Shown here one piece after another: positions 30,163 through 41,940 of a stretch of DNA of 64,000 nt. The notes below the pieces were generated by a model. The model was not told the DNA's origin, made no database searches, and saw nothing but the letters and a program-made list of their open reading frames with translations. Origin of the DNA: Gemmatimonadota bacterium. Lineage in GTDB: Bacteria; Gemmatimonadota; Gemmatimonadetes; Longimicrobiales; Gaopeijiaceae. Numbering within the stretch: position 1 is the first letter of the stretch; each line of letters opens with the position of its first letter. The stretch spans positions 896,001 to 960,000 of the forward strand of contig JAXHMG010000003.1 in the NCBI GenBank assembly GCA_034521595.1. The letters run 5' to 3'. The translations under genes and the position numbers were made by a program.

Positions 30163-31338
30163 ATGCTCCGCCGGAACTTCGACCGAGGTCGTCCAGACCT
30201 CCTCTCGTGGTGGATGGCGCTCCCGGGACTGTGGTTCCTGAGCGCTCTTCCGCTACAGGCGCAGGACCTGCCGTTCTCGAGGGACTACCCGGGCGCGGCC
30301 CCGTATGAATGCCCCGCGTTCGATGAACCGGAAGTCGCGGGAGCCGAGGCGCGCACCCAGGCGGCGCAGCTCGCCTCGAGCGCGGCTCAATCGGTCATTC
30401 TGGGTGACCTCGCACGGGCGCAGGCGATGCTGGACCGGGCCACGGAGCTCGATCCGGCGTCCGCGGACCTCGCCTACCGGCGCGCGCGTGTTCTGGAGGA
30501 CTTGGGCGAGCGAAGCGACGCCCTCACCGAATACTGCCGTGCGATCGCATTGGCGGGTGACGGTAGCGGAGCCCGGGATGCCGAGGAACGACTCCAGGCG
30601 CTCGTGGAAGCCGAGTATTCGGCCCTGCCCGAGGACGCGATCGCCGAGATGGAAGCCGGCCTGGAAGCCGTGGAGCGGGATGCGCTGGGCGAAGCGCTCT
30701 CCGCTTTCGAAGCGGCGACGGACGAAGCCCCGAACTGGGCCGCGGCGGTCTACAACCGCGCGGTCGCGCTCGACCGGTCGGGGCGGAGCGCGGACGCCTC
30801 GAGGGCGTTCTCCCGGTACCTGGACCTACGGCCCGAAGCCCCGGACGCCATCGCGGTCTCGCGCCGCATCGGACAGTTGCAGAGCGAGGCCCTCCGGGAC
30901 GTCCCGAGTCCGGGCGCCGCGCTCGCGCTCGGTGTCCTGGCTCCGGGGATGGGGCAGTTCTACAGCGGTCGGCCGTTGGGCGGACTCACGGTCCTGACGC
31001 TGACCGGGGGCGCGGTGGCCGCCGGGTTCCTGATCCAGGAAGAGGAAGTGCGCTGCGTCGGCACCGTCGAGCCTGGCGGGGGCTGCCCACCGGACCAAGT
31101 GGTATCCCGCGAGACCAGCCGGCCTTACTTCACGGCCTCCTTGGCCGCCGCCGCCGGAGTGGCCGTGGTGGGCGCCGTCGAGGCGTTCTTTTCGGCCCGC
31201 GGGCGTCGGAGCCGTGTGGAAGCGTCGTTGCCGGACCAGGCGAGCCGAGCGGAAGAGGGCGGTACGCTGGTGGGGCCGTCGCTTTCGGTCCATCGGGGTA
31301 GGACCGAGCTCACACTGTTCGGGTGGAGGTTCCGCTGA
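30163..31338 (+). CDS. Secreted TPR protein with C-terminal DUF5683-like membrane segment
   Basis: Signal peptide ending LQAQ; TPR repeats (LDPASADLAYRRA, APNWAAAVYNRA); APGMGQFYSG motif. Confidence 0.78.
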   Translation: MLRRNFDRGRPDLLSWWMALPGLWFLSALPLQAQDLPFSRDYPGAAPYECPAFDEPEVAGAEARTQAAQLASSAAQSVILGDLARAQAMLDRATELDPASADLAYRRARVLEDLGERSDALTEYCRAIALAGDGSGARDAEERLQALVEAEYSALPEDAIAEMEAGLEAVERDALGEALSAFEAATDEAPNWAAAVYNRAVALDRSGRSADASRAFSRYLDLRPEAPDAIAVSRRIGQLQSEALRDVPSPGAALALGVLAPGMGQFYSGRPLGGLTVLTLTGGAVAAGFLIQEEEVRCVGTVEPGGGCPPDQVVSRETSRPYFTASLAAAAGVAVVGAVEAFFSARGRRSRVEASLPDQASRAEEGGTLVGPSLSVHRGRTELTLFGWRFR

Positions 31339-34300
31339 TGTTCGCGATCTTCCGGCGGGCCGCGGCCCTCTGCGCCGTGCTGTTCGGTGCGACACTCGTG
31401 CTCATCCAGGCGTGCACGTCCGAGAGCATCACCGGGGTGACGGTCACCGAGGTGTCCGTGACGCCCTCCTCGAGCACGATCATGGTGGGCGAGACCGCGG
31501 AGTTCGAGGCGTCCGTGGTGGACGAGACCGGCGCGGAGCTCGAGAACGCCGCCGTGAGCTGGTCGGCGACGAGCGACGACGGAGACATCGTCGACATCGA
31601 CGACGCGGGCGTCGCGACCGCGCTCGCTCCGGGCGAAGCGGAGATCACGGCGAGCTTCGAGGGGGCGGAGGGCACGGCGAGCCTCACGGTGATCCCCCTT
31701 CCGGACATCGGAGCGGACCCCTCCTCCGTCACGATGTACGGTGGCGTGGACGGCCCGGCGCCCGCGCCGGAGACCGTGGCCGTGACCAACCTCGGTGGAG
31801 GCTCGCTCACCGGCCTGAGCGCGGCCGTGAGCGTCTCCGAGGGCTCCCCGGACGGATGGCTGGACGCGGAGCTCGCCGGCGAGACGCCGCCCACCGAGCT
31901 CACGCTGACGGCCGACTCCACGGGCTTCCCCGCCGGTGCGTACGAGGCGACGGTCACCCTCTCCTCGCCCGACGCCCCGGATGGGTCCGCGGAGGTCCCC
32001 GTGACCCTGTCGCTCACCGGCTTCACGCTGATGGCGCCCGAGGGTGGAGTGCGGGTCGCCGAAGCCGAGGGCACCGAAAGCTTCGACGTCGTGCTCGACC
32101 GGGAACCCGACTCGGACGTCGTGCTGACGACGTCCAGCGCGGATGAGGGGGAGGCGGTGGTGAGCCCCGAGCGGCTCACCTTCACGCCGGAGAACTGGGA
32201 CACCGCGCAGCCCGTCACCGTGACCGGGGTGGACGACGACGAGCCGGCCGGCGATCAGGAGACGGTCGTGACGGTCTCGGTCGATCCCGCATCCTCGGAC
32301 GTCGCGTACCGCCCCGCCGTCGATCGATCTCTGACCGTGACCACGCTCGACGATGACGCGCCGGGCTTCGACGTGGTGGAAACGGACGGGTCGACCATCG
32401 TCAGCGAGTCGGGGACCACGGACTCGCTCGAGGTTTCGCTGCGTGCGCGGCCCACTGAGAATGTAGTGCTCACGGTGGCGGCATCGGACCCCGGGGAAGC
32501 CACCGCTTCCCCGACCACCCTGACGTTCACCCCGACGAGCTGGCACGTCGCGCAGATCGTGACGGTGACCGGGGAGGACGACTCGGTCGTGGACGGCTCG
32601 CAGGCGAGCACGATGACCCTGAGCGTGGACGAGAACCGATCCGACGGGGACTACCACGACCTCGACGATGAGACGGTGCCCGTGACGACGACCGACGACG
32701 ACGGTGCGGGGATCGTCGTCACGGACGATCAGGGGAGCGCGGTGGTCTCGGAGGACGGCGGGACGGATGCGTTCACGGTGCGTCTGGCGTCGGAGCCGAG
32801 TGCGGACGTGGTGCTCGAGGTGACGAGCGGGGACACGGGCGAGGTGACGGTGAACCCGTCGACGTTGACGTTCACGCCGGAGGACTGGGACGAGTCGCAG
32901 CCGGTCACGCTGACGGGCGAGGACGACGACGTGATCGACGGGGACGTGGTGACGGACGTGACGGTCTCGGTCGACGTCGGGGCGTCGGCGTCGGAGTACG
33001 AGTCGGCTGCCGACGAGGCGGTGGCGGTCACGACGACGGACGACGACGTGGCGGGCTTGGACGTCGTGGAGAGCAGCGGCGGTACGGCCGTGTCGGAGGC
33101 CGGGACCAGCGACGAGTTCACGGTGGCGCTCACGGCCGAGCCCGCGACCGACGTGGTCGTGGAGGTGACGAGCGGAGACACCGGTGAGGCGACGGTCGAT
33201 CCGGCGACGCTGACGTTCGCACCGGCGGACTGGGACACGCCGCAGACGGTGACGGTGACGGGCGTGGACGACGACGAAGCCGACGGCAATCAGGAGACTG
33301 AGGTGACCGTCGCCGTCGACGCGGCAGGGTCCGATCCCGATTTCGAGGATGTCGAGCCGTCGGTCGTCACGGTGACGACCTCGGACGACGATCAGTCCGG
33401 CTTCACGGTGACGTCGGGGGGGACGGCGTCGGTGTCCGAGGCTGAAGGCACGACCGACGTGACGGTGGTCCTGAACACGCAGCCGGCCTCGGATGTGGTG
33501 CTCACGTTCGCGATCGACGACGCGTCGGTGGCGACGGTGAGCCCTGCCGAGTTGACGTTCACGTCGGACAACTGGGACACCGAGCAGGCGGTGACGCTCA
33601 CGGGCGCGGACGACGACGTCGACGACGGGGATCAGACCGCGACGCTCACGGTTGCCGTGGACCCGGACGCCTCGGACGACGACTACGACGGGCTCGAGGA
33701 CCAGACGGTCGAGGTGACGGCCGAGGACGACGACGCGGCCGGGTTCACGCTGGCGGACACGGCGAGCCTGACGGTGAGCGAGGACGGGACGACGACGACG
33801 GACGCGTTCACAGTGGTGCTGGACGCGGAGCCGGTCGACAGCGTGGTGCTGAACGTGACGAGCGGGGACGTGGGCGAGGCGACGGTGGACCCGGCCTCGT
33901 TGACGTTCACGTCCGGTGACTGGGACACGCCGCAGACGGTGGACGCTGACGGGCGTGGACGACGGCGTTGTAGATGGGGATCAGGACGACGCCGATCACG
34001 GTGTCGGTCAGCCGACGGCTCGGACGGAGCGTTCACGGGCCTGGCGGATCAGACGGCGACGGTGACGACGACCGACGACGACGTGGCCGGGTTCACGCTG
34101 GCGGACACGGCGAGCCTGACGGTGAGCGAGGACGGGACGACGACGGACGCGTTCACGGTGGTGCTGGACGCGGAGCCGGTCGACGACGTGGTGCTGAACG
34201 TGACGAGCGGCGACACGGGTGAGGCGACGGTGGACCCGGCCACGCTGACGTTCACGTCCGGTGACTGGGACACGCCGCAGACGGTGGACCTGACGGGCGT

Positions 34301-37300
34301 GGACGACGGCGTTGTCGACGGGGATCAGGAGACGACGGTGACGGTGTCGGTCGACGCGAGCTCGGACGATGCGTTCACGGGGCTGGCGGATCAGACGGCG
34401 AGCGTGACGACGACGGACGACGATGCGGCCGGGTTCACGCTGGCGGACACGGCGAGCCTGACGGTGAGCGAGGACGGACGACGACGACGGACGCGTTCAC
34501 GGTGGTGCTGGATGCGGAGCCGGTCGACAGCGTGGTGCTGAACGTGACGAGCGGGGACACCGGTGAGGCGACGGTGGACCCGGCGACGCTGACGTTTACG
34601 TCGACGGACTGGGATCACGCCGCAGACGGTGGACCTGACGGGCGTGGATGACGATCTCGTCGACGGGGAACAAGAGACGACGCTGACGGTGTCGGTCGAC
34701 GCGAGCTCGGACGATGCGTTCACGGGGCTGGCGGATCAGACGGCGAGCGTGACGACGACCGACGACGACGACGTGGCCGGATTCACGCTGGCGGACACGA
34801 CGGGGCTGACCGTGAGCGAAGGACGGCGACGACGGACGCGTTCACGGTGGTGCTGGACGCACAGCCTGACGTCGGACGTGGTGCTGACGGTGACGAGCGG
34901 GGACACGGGTGAGGCGACGGTGAGCCCGGCTTCGTTGACGTTCACGTCCGGACGATTGGGACGATACCGCAGCCGGTGACGCTGACCGGCGAGCGACGAC
35001 GACGTGATCGACATGAGGCCACGAGGCGACGGACGTGACGGTCTGGTCGATGACGCCGGGGCAGTCGGACGATGCGGTGTACGAGCCGGCTAGCCAGACC
35101 AGACGGCGAGCGGTCGACGACGACGGACGACGACGTGGCGGGCTTGGCCGTCGTGCAGCGCTGGCGGTAGGTGACGGCTGAGTCCGAGCGAGGCAGGTCG
35201 AGCGACAGCTTCACGGTGAGCCTCGACCGCGCGAGCCGACGAGCTCAGGTAGTTGTCGACGATCAACCGAGCGGCGACACGCGGCGAGGCGACGGCCGAT
35301 CCGGACGACGCTGACGTTCACAGCCGGCTGACTGGGACACGCCGCAGACGGTGACGGTGACCGCGGCGTGGACGACGACGTGGATCGACGGCAACCAGGC
35401 ACACGATCGATGCTCGCGGTCGATGACGGATGCGTCGGATCGCGCTGATCTCGGTGAGTCCGCTGACGGTAGACGGTCGTGGTGACCACGGCCGACGACG
35501 ATCAGTGCCGGGTTCGCGGTGGACGCCGGAGTGCGACTGACGGTCGAGTCCGAAGCCGAAGCACGACGGCCGACGTTCACGGTGGTGCTGGACGCGCAGC
35601 CGGACTCGAGCAGTGGTGCTCGACGTTGCGAGTCGAGGACGCGGCGCGTGGCGACGGTGAACCCGACGACGCTGACGTTCACAGCCGGACAACTGGGACA
35701 CATCGAGCAGACGGTGACGGTGACGGGTGCGTGACGACGACCTCGGTCGACGGGGATGCAGACGGCGCCGTCGTTCACGGTGGTCGGTGGACGATGAGCT
35801 CGGACGCGGCTTATCGCGGTCTGAGGACCACACGGTGGACGTCACGGTCGACGGACAACGACAGCGCCGGGTTCGTGGTGGATCCGGAGAGCGCTGACGG
35901 TGAGCGAGGATGACGTACGACGGGCTCGTTCACGGTGGTGTTGGACGCGGAGCCTGACTCGAGGACGTGGTGTTCGACGTGGCGAGTGGGGACACGGGCG
36001 AGGCGACGGTGGACCCGACGACGCTGACGTTCGACGCCGGCGGACTGGGACCGGAGAAGACGGTGGATGGTGACGGGCGAGGACGACGATCTCATCGATG
36101 GGGCTCGACGACGCCGGTGACGGTGTCGGTTGCGGACGGCTCGGACGGGGCGTTCGTGGATCTGGCGGATGAGCACGGTGGACGGTGACGACGAGGACGA
36201 CGACAGCGCCGGGTTCACGCTGGCGGATCACGGCGAGCGCTGACGGTGAGCGAGGATGGTACGACGGGACTCGTTCACGGTGGTGTTGGACGCGGAGCCT
36301 GACTCGAGACGTGGTGTTCGATGTGGCGAGTGGGGACACGGTCGAGGCGACGGTGGACTCGACGACGCTGACGTTCGAGCCGGCGGAGTGGGACCAGGAG
36401 AAGACGGTGGTGGTGACGGGCGAGGACGACGATCTCATCGACGGGGCTCGACGACGCACGGTGACGGTGTCGGTTGCGGATGGCTCGGACGCGGCGTTCG
36501 TGGATCTGGCGGATGACACGGCGGAGGTGACGACGCACGGACAACGACAGCGCCGGGTTCGCTGGTGGATCCGGAGAGCGCTGACGGTGAGCGAGGACGA
36601 CGTACGACGGGCTCGTTCACGGTGGTGCTGGACGCGGAGCCTGACGTCGAGCGTGGTGTTCGATGGTGGCGAGCGGGGACACGATCGAGGCGACGGCGAA
36701 CCCGGCGACGCTGACGTTCGAGCCGGCGGCAGACTGGGACCAGCCGCAGACGGTGGTGGTGACGGGCGTGGACGACGATCTCATCGACGGGGCTCAGACG
36801 ACGCCGGTGACGGTGTCGGTTGACGCGATGGCTCGGACGGGGCGTTCACGGGGATCTGGCGGATGACACGGTGGAGCGTGACGACGAGGACGACGACAGC
36901 GGCCGGGTTCACGCTGGTGGATCACGGCCAGGCGCTGACGGTGAGCGAGGATAGCAGCGACGGGCTCGTTCACGGTGGTGTTGGACGCGGAGCCGGACTC
37001 GACAGCGTGGTGTTCGAATGTGACGAGTGGGTACACCGGCGAGGCGACGGTGGACCCTGACGACGCTCACGTTCGACGCCGGCGAAATGGGACACGGAGA
37101 AGACGGTGGTGGTGACCGGCGACGACGACGATCTGGATTGACGGAGCTCAGACGACGCCAGGTGACGGTGTCGGTTGCGGATGGCAGTCGGACGCTGCGT
37201 TCGATGGATCTGGCCGGCCATGACCGGTGGAGCGTGACGACGACGGACAACGATAGCGCCGGGGTTGCGCCGATCCGGTAGCTGCGCTGACCGTCGAGCG

Positions 37301-39494
37301 AAGGTAGCTACTGACGGGCTCGTTCACGGTGGTGTTGGATGCGCAAGCCGGACTCAGCGGTGGTGCTCGATGTAGCCCGAAGCGGCGATGTAACACCCAG
37401 TCGACGGAGCAGCTCAGCGCTGACGTTCGAGCCGGCGAAGCTGGAACATGGAGAAGACGGTGGTGGTGACGGGCTGAGGACGACGATCTCGGTCGACGGG
37501 GCTCAAGGAGCTGCCGGTGACGTTGTCCTGGTCGACGCGGACGAGCTCGGATCGCGGCGTTTGAGGGATCTGAGTCCGATGACCGGTGGAGGTGACGACG
37601 GTTAGCGACAACGACAGCGCCGGGTTACGTGGTGGATCCGGAGGCGCTGACGGTGAGCGAGGATAGTACGACGGGCTCGTTCACGGTGGTGTTGGACGCG
37701 GAGCCTGACTCGAGCGTGGTGTTCGATGTGGCGAGTGGGGACACGGGCGAGGCGACGGTGGACTCGACGACGCTGACGTTCGAGCCGGCGGAGTGGGACC
37801 AGGAGAAGACGGTGGTGGTGACGGGCGAGGACGACGATCTCATTGACGGGGCTCAGACGACGCCGGTGACGGTGTCGGTTGCGGATGGCTCGGACGCGGC
37901 GTTCGTGGATCTGGCGGATGACACGGTGGAGGTGACGACGGAGGACAACGACAGCGCGCGGGTTCGTGGTGGATCCGGAGGCGCTGACGGTGAGCGAGGA
38001 TAGTACGACGGGCTCGTTCACGGTGGTGTTGGACGCGGAGCCTGACTCGAGCGTGGTGTTCGATGTGGCGAGTGGGGACACGATCGAGGCGACGGTGGAC
38101 TCGACGACGCTGACGTTCGAGCCGGCGGAGTGGGACCAGGAGAAGACGGTGGTGGTGACGGGCGAGGACGACGATCTCATCGACGGGGCTCAGACGACGC
38201 CGGTGACGGTGTCGGTTGCGGATGGCTCGGACGGGGCGTTCGTGGATCTGGCGGATGACACGGTGGAGGTGACGACGGAGGACAACGACAGCGCCGGGTT
38301 CGTGGTGGATCCGGAGGCGCTGACGGTGAGCGAGGATAGTACGACGGGCTCGTTCACGGTGGTGTTGGACGCGGAGCCTGACTCGAGCGTGGTGTTCGAT
38401 GTGGCGAGTGGGGACACGATCGAGGCGACGGTGGACTCGACGACGCTGACGTTCGAGCCGGCGGAGTGGGACCAGGAGAAGACGGTGGTGGTGACGGGTG
38501 AGGACGACGATCTCATCGACGGGGCTCAGACGACGCCGGTGACGGTGTCGGTAGCGGACGGCTCGGACGGGGCGTTCGTGGATCTGGCGGATGACACGGT
38601 GGAGGTGACGACGCAGGACAACGACAGCGCCGGGTTCGTGGTGGATCCGGAGGCGCTGACGGTGAGCGAGGATAGTACGACGGGCTCGTTCACGGTGGTG
38701 TTGGAAGCGGAGCCTGACTCGAGCGTGGTGTTCGATGTGGCGAGTGGGGACACGATCGAGGCGACGGTGGACTCGACGACGCTGACGTTCGAGCCGGCGG
38801 AGTGGGACCAGGAGAAGACGGTGGTGGTGACGGGCGAGGACGACGATCTCATCGACGGGGCTCAGACGACGCCGGTGACGGTGTCGGTAGCGGACGGCTC
38901 GGACGCGGCGTTCGTGGATCTGGCGGATGACACGGTGGAGGTGACGACGCAGGACAACGACAGCGCCGGGTTCGTGGTGGATCCGGAGGCGCTGACGGTG
39001 ACGGAAGGGGAAAACGATTTCTTTACCGTAGCCCTCACCGCCGAACCCACGGACAGTGTCATCGTGACCGTCTCCAACCCTGACACAGCTGAAATCGACC
39101 TCGGCGGCGAGGAGAACGACACCATCTTGACGTTCACGCCGGACGACTGGGATACACCGGACTACCGTCGATCGTGGCCGCGATCGACGACGGGGAAGCC
39201 GAGGCGGACATGCCCGTCGCCGTGACCGTTCGAGGTCGACCCGAACCGTCGCTGACGCCGACTCCACGTTCGGACGGAGTTAGCGCGGAGGTCGAAGTCA
39301 CGGTGCAGGATCCGGCCGACCTCGAAACCGCCCAACTCCAAAGCACGGCGTCTCCTGGAGCACGCAACCGCACCTCCGCCCCAAGGACCAGCCCATCGCC
39401 GGCCCCCTCCAACTCCGAACTGCTGCTCGCTGACCGACCGCTACCCGGTGAAGCACCACCGGGCGCTCAACTGACGCTCCGCCCCGATGACTGA
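31338..39494 (+). CDS. Giant acidic surface lipoprotein: Ig-like N-terminus + ~21 Calx-beta/Ig-like repeats; frame broken by many indels
   Basis: TGATG coupling to the TPR gene; lipobox IQAC; repeat consensus GF..SE..D.FTVVLDAEP..V...SGDT.EATV.P.TLTF...WD..QTV..TG.DD...DG...T.DDD; indels mainly ~33950-37960 and ~39165. Confidence 0.8.
32019..39300 (+). repeat. Tandem array of ~21 units of 336-345 bp
   Basis: Unit starts near 32019, 32363, 32709, 33054, 33399, 33741, 34089, 34431, 34779, 35140, 35510, 35869, 36211, 36555, 36904, 37262, 37622, 37960, 38296, 38632, 38968; the last units have an exact 336-bp period and are near-identical. Confidence 0.9.
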
Positions 39495-41484
39495 AGGACC
39501 CCGGGACCGGTTCGGGCAGGAGCGTCCGCTCGACAACGTGCCGCCTCCGCTCCTCACGTACGGTGACGAGGATGAGTACGAGAAAGAAGGGAAGGGAGGC
39601 GGCCCGCGCTCCAAACGGCCGGTGCGCGTGGGAATCTGGATCGTCGTGGCCGTAGCGATCGCGGGTGCGGGCTACTTCGGGGTGCGTGCCCTCGAGGAGG
39701 AAGGGGCGACGGACACGTCGGCCGCGGCGGTGGATCCCGCGCCCTCCGGATCCGCGTCCTCGGAAGCGGGGAGCCGCCCGTCTCTGGGCATACTCGGGCC
39801 CCCGGACACGACGGTGGCACCGGGCTCGACGGTCGAGCTGGCGGTGAGCGCTCGGGATGAAGACGGGGGACCGCTCCCGGACGTCCGGGTCCGCTTCGAG
39901 GTCGATGGCGGCGTGGGTACGCTCACCGCCGGCGAAGTCTGGACCGACCGGATGGGCATCGCGCGTACTTCTCTGACGATGCCGTCGGGTGCGGGCGAGG
40001 CCCGGGTCCGTGCCACGCTCGACGGAGCCGACGTCGTGCCTCGATGGTTCACGGTCGCGACCCAGGGCGGAGAGCCGGCGGCGATGGCCGCGGTCGCAGG
40101 AGATGCGCAGGAGGCGGATGCCGGGGGCCTCCTTCCCGAGCGTCTGGCCGTCCAGGTCCAGGATCCGGAGGGGAACCCGGTTCCGGGCGTCGAGGTGCGC
40201 TTCGAGGTGGCTTCCGGTGGGGGCATGGCAGCGCCCTCCCGGGCCCGCACGGATTCCCTCGGTCGCGCTTCGGCCATCTGGCGGTTGGGTGGGGAAGCGG
40301 GCGACCAAACGCTCTCGGCCACTTCTCCGGCGCTGCCCGAGCCGGTCACGTTCACGGCCACCGCGCAGGCGGTCGCGACCGCGACGCCGACCCCCGAGGC
40401 TGGCGGGCCTCCCGTTCCCGACTCCGAGGCCGCCCTCGAGGAAGCGGCCCCGAATGCACCCTCCGAGTCCGTGGTCGTCACGCCCCGGGACCGGTCGGTG
40501 GGAGGCTCGAACGTGTGCGCGATCACGAACGGGTCGGTCACGTGTCGCGGCGCGAACGATCGGGGGCAGGGGATCGACGGCGGGGTGAGCGGCGCCCGCG
40601 CGGTCAGCTCCGGGCTCTTCCACGCATGCGCCCTCGACGCGGACGGCATCGCCCGCTGTTGGGGCGCGAACGAGGCCGGCCAGCTCGGAGACGGGAGCCG
40701 TTCCGATCGTGCGTCACCGGTACGTGTGGACACCGAGTTCCGCTTCAGCACCCTGGCTGCCGGGGTCGCCCACACGTGCGGCTTGACCTCCGAGGGACGG
40801 GCTGCCTGTTGGGGGCAGAACCTGGGCGGTCAGCTCGGGGACGGCTCGAGGGACGACCGTACGATCCCGGCGCTCGTGGCGGGGGACACGCGCTTCACGA
40901 CCCTCGTCTCGGGATGGAACCACACCTGCGGCATCACGGCTCAGAGGGAAGCCTTCTGCTGGGGGCTCAACCGGGAGGGACAGTTGGGCGACGGCTCCCG
41001 CCTGGACGGCTTGGAGCCCGGGCGCGTCATCGGCTCCGTCGACGCCCTCGCGGCCGGGAACGCCCACACCTGTGCGGTGAGCGGAGGCCAGGTCCTCTGC
41101 TGGGGCGACAACCGGGCGGGGCAGCTCGGAGACGGGACCACGGACTCCCGCGTGAATCCCACGCCCGTGTCGGAGCTCCCCGACGATGTGGTGGACATCG
41201 CGGCGGGGGCTGCCCACACGTGCGCACTCCTGGCCGACGGGACGGCCCATTGCTGGGGCCAGAATTTGCACGGACAGTTGGGCACGGGAAACACGGCGCC
41301 GGCCCGCTCACCCACCCCCGTGCTGGGAGGGCTCACCTTCGAGCGTATCCAGGCCGGGGGCGGAGTAACCTGCGGCACCACGGTCGACGGTGTGGACTAC
41401 TGCTGGGGCCTCAACCAGAGCGGTCAGTTGGGGGACGGAAGCGTCACCAACCGGGCCGCCCCTGCCCGCGTCCGGGGACGTTAG
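39487..41484 (+). CDS. Membrane-anchored protein with two Ig-like (Big_1) domains and an RCC1-repeat beta-propeller
   Basis: TM helix; GNPVPGVEVRF..TDSLGRA; repeated HTC..CWG.N..GQLGDG units. Confidence 0.88.
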   Translation: MTEGPRDRFGQERPLDNVPPPLLTYGDEDEYEKEGKGGGPRSKRPVRVGIWIVVAVAIAGAGYFGVRALEEEGATDTSAAAVDPAPSGSASSEAGSRPSLGILGPPDTTVAPGSTVELAVSARDEDGGPLPDVRVRFEVDGGVGTLTAGEVWTDRMGIARTSLTMPSGAGEARVRATLDGADVVPRWFTVATQGGEPAAMAAVAGDAQEADAGGLLPERLAVQVQDPEGNPVPGVEVRFEVASGGGMAAPSRARTDSLGRASAIWRLGGEAGDQTLSATSPALPEPVTFTATAQAVATATPTPEAGGPPVPDSEAALEEAAPNAPSESVVVTPRDRSVGGSNVCAITNGSVTCRGANDRGQGIDGGVSGARAVSSGLFHACALDADGIARCWGANEAGQLGDGSRSDRASPVRVDTEFRFSTLAAGVAHTCGLTSEGRAACWGQNLGGQLGDGSRDDRTIPALVAGDTRFTTLVSGWNHTCGITAQREAFCWGLNREGQLGDGSRLDGLEPGRVIGSVDALAAGNAHTCAVSGGQVLCWGDNRAGQLGDGTTDSRVNPTPVSELPDDVVDIAAGAAHTCALLADGTAHCWGQNLHGQLGTGNTAPARSPTPVLGGLTFERIQAGGGVTCGTTVDGVDYCWGLNQSGQLGDGSVTNRAAPARVRGR

Positions 41485-41494
41485 GGCCGTTCCG

Positions 41495-41929
41495 TCATTT
41501 GTGCCACTCGAGATGCCGGCGGTACTCGCGCAGGAACGACGTGATCAGATCGTCCTTCGTCGCGTTCGTGACGTCCTGCTCGAGGGACCGGTCCCGGACG
41601 TGCGCTTCGGCACGGTATTCCTTGCCGTGCGGATCACTCAAGGGCACGAGCGGAAAGGCGTACTTCGACGCACCGTACGGCTTCGCTTCCACCTGGTAGA
41701 AGAACTCCTCGTGGCCGTCCTTCGTGATCATGATCCACGCGTCGTGGTCGCCCTGGTCGATCTGAACGTCCCGTCCGCGCCGCTGAAACTCGGCCGCGAG
41801 CTCCTCGAACGCCGGGACCACCACGCTCTGGAGGTAGTCGTGGATGCCCAGGGGCTCGTGCTCGTCCGGGGGAAACTGCTTGTCGGCAAGCTCGAGGAGC
41901 TCGTCGAGTTCGGCTTTCCAGTCCGCCAT
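41495..41929 (-). CDS. Stand-alone homolog of the BetT C-terminal cytoplasmic domain
   Basis: Own AGGAG RBS; W..L..VVVPAFEELAAEF..G..FFYQV..YRAEAH..D..TKDDLI..L.EY.RHL resembles the BetT C-terminal domain. Confidence 0.7.
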   Translation of the reverse strand: MADWKAELDELLELADKQFPPDEHEPLGIHDYLQSVVVPAFEELAAEFQRRGRDVQIDQGDHDAWIMITKDGHEEFFYQVEAKPYGASKYAFPLVPLSDPHGKEYRAEAHVRDRSLEQDVTNATKDDLITSFLREYRRHLEWHK

Positions 41930-41940
41930 GTCGGTCTCCT

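Noticed and set aside
32019-39300. Repeat array as CRISPR or non-coding satellite
   Set aside because: Units are ~340 bp, encode a coherent protein domain, have no repeat-spacer structure, and no cas genes are present.
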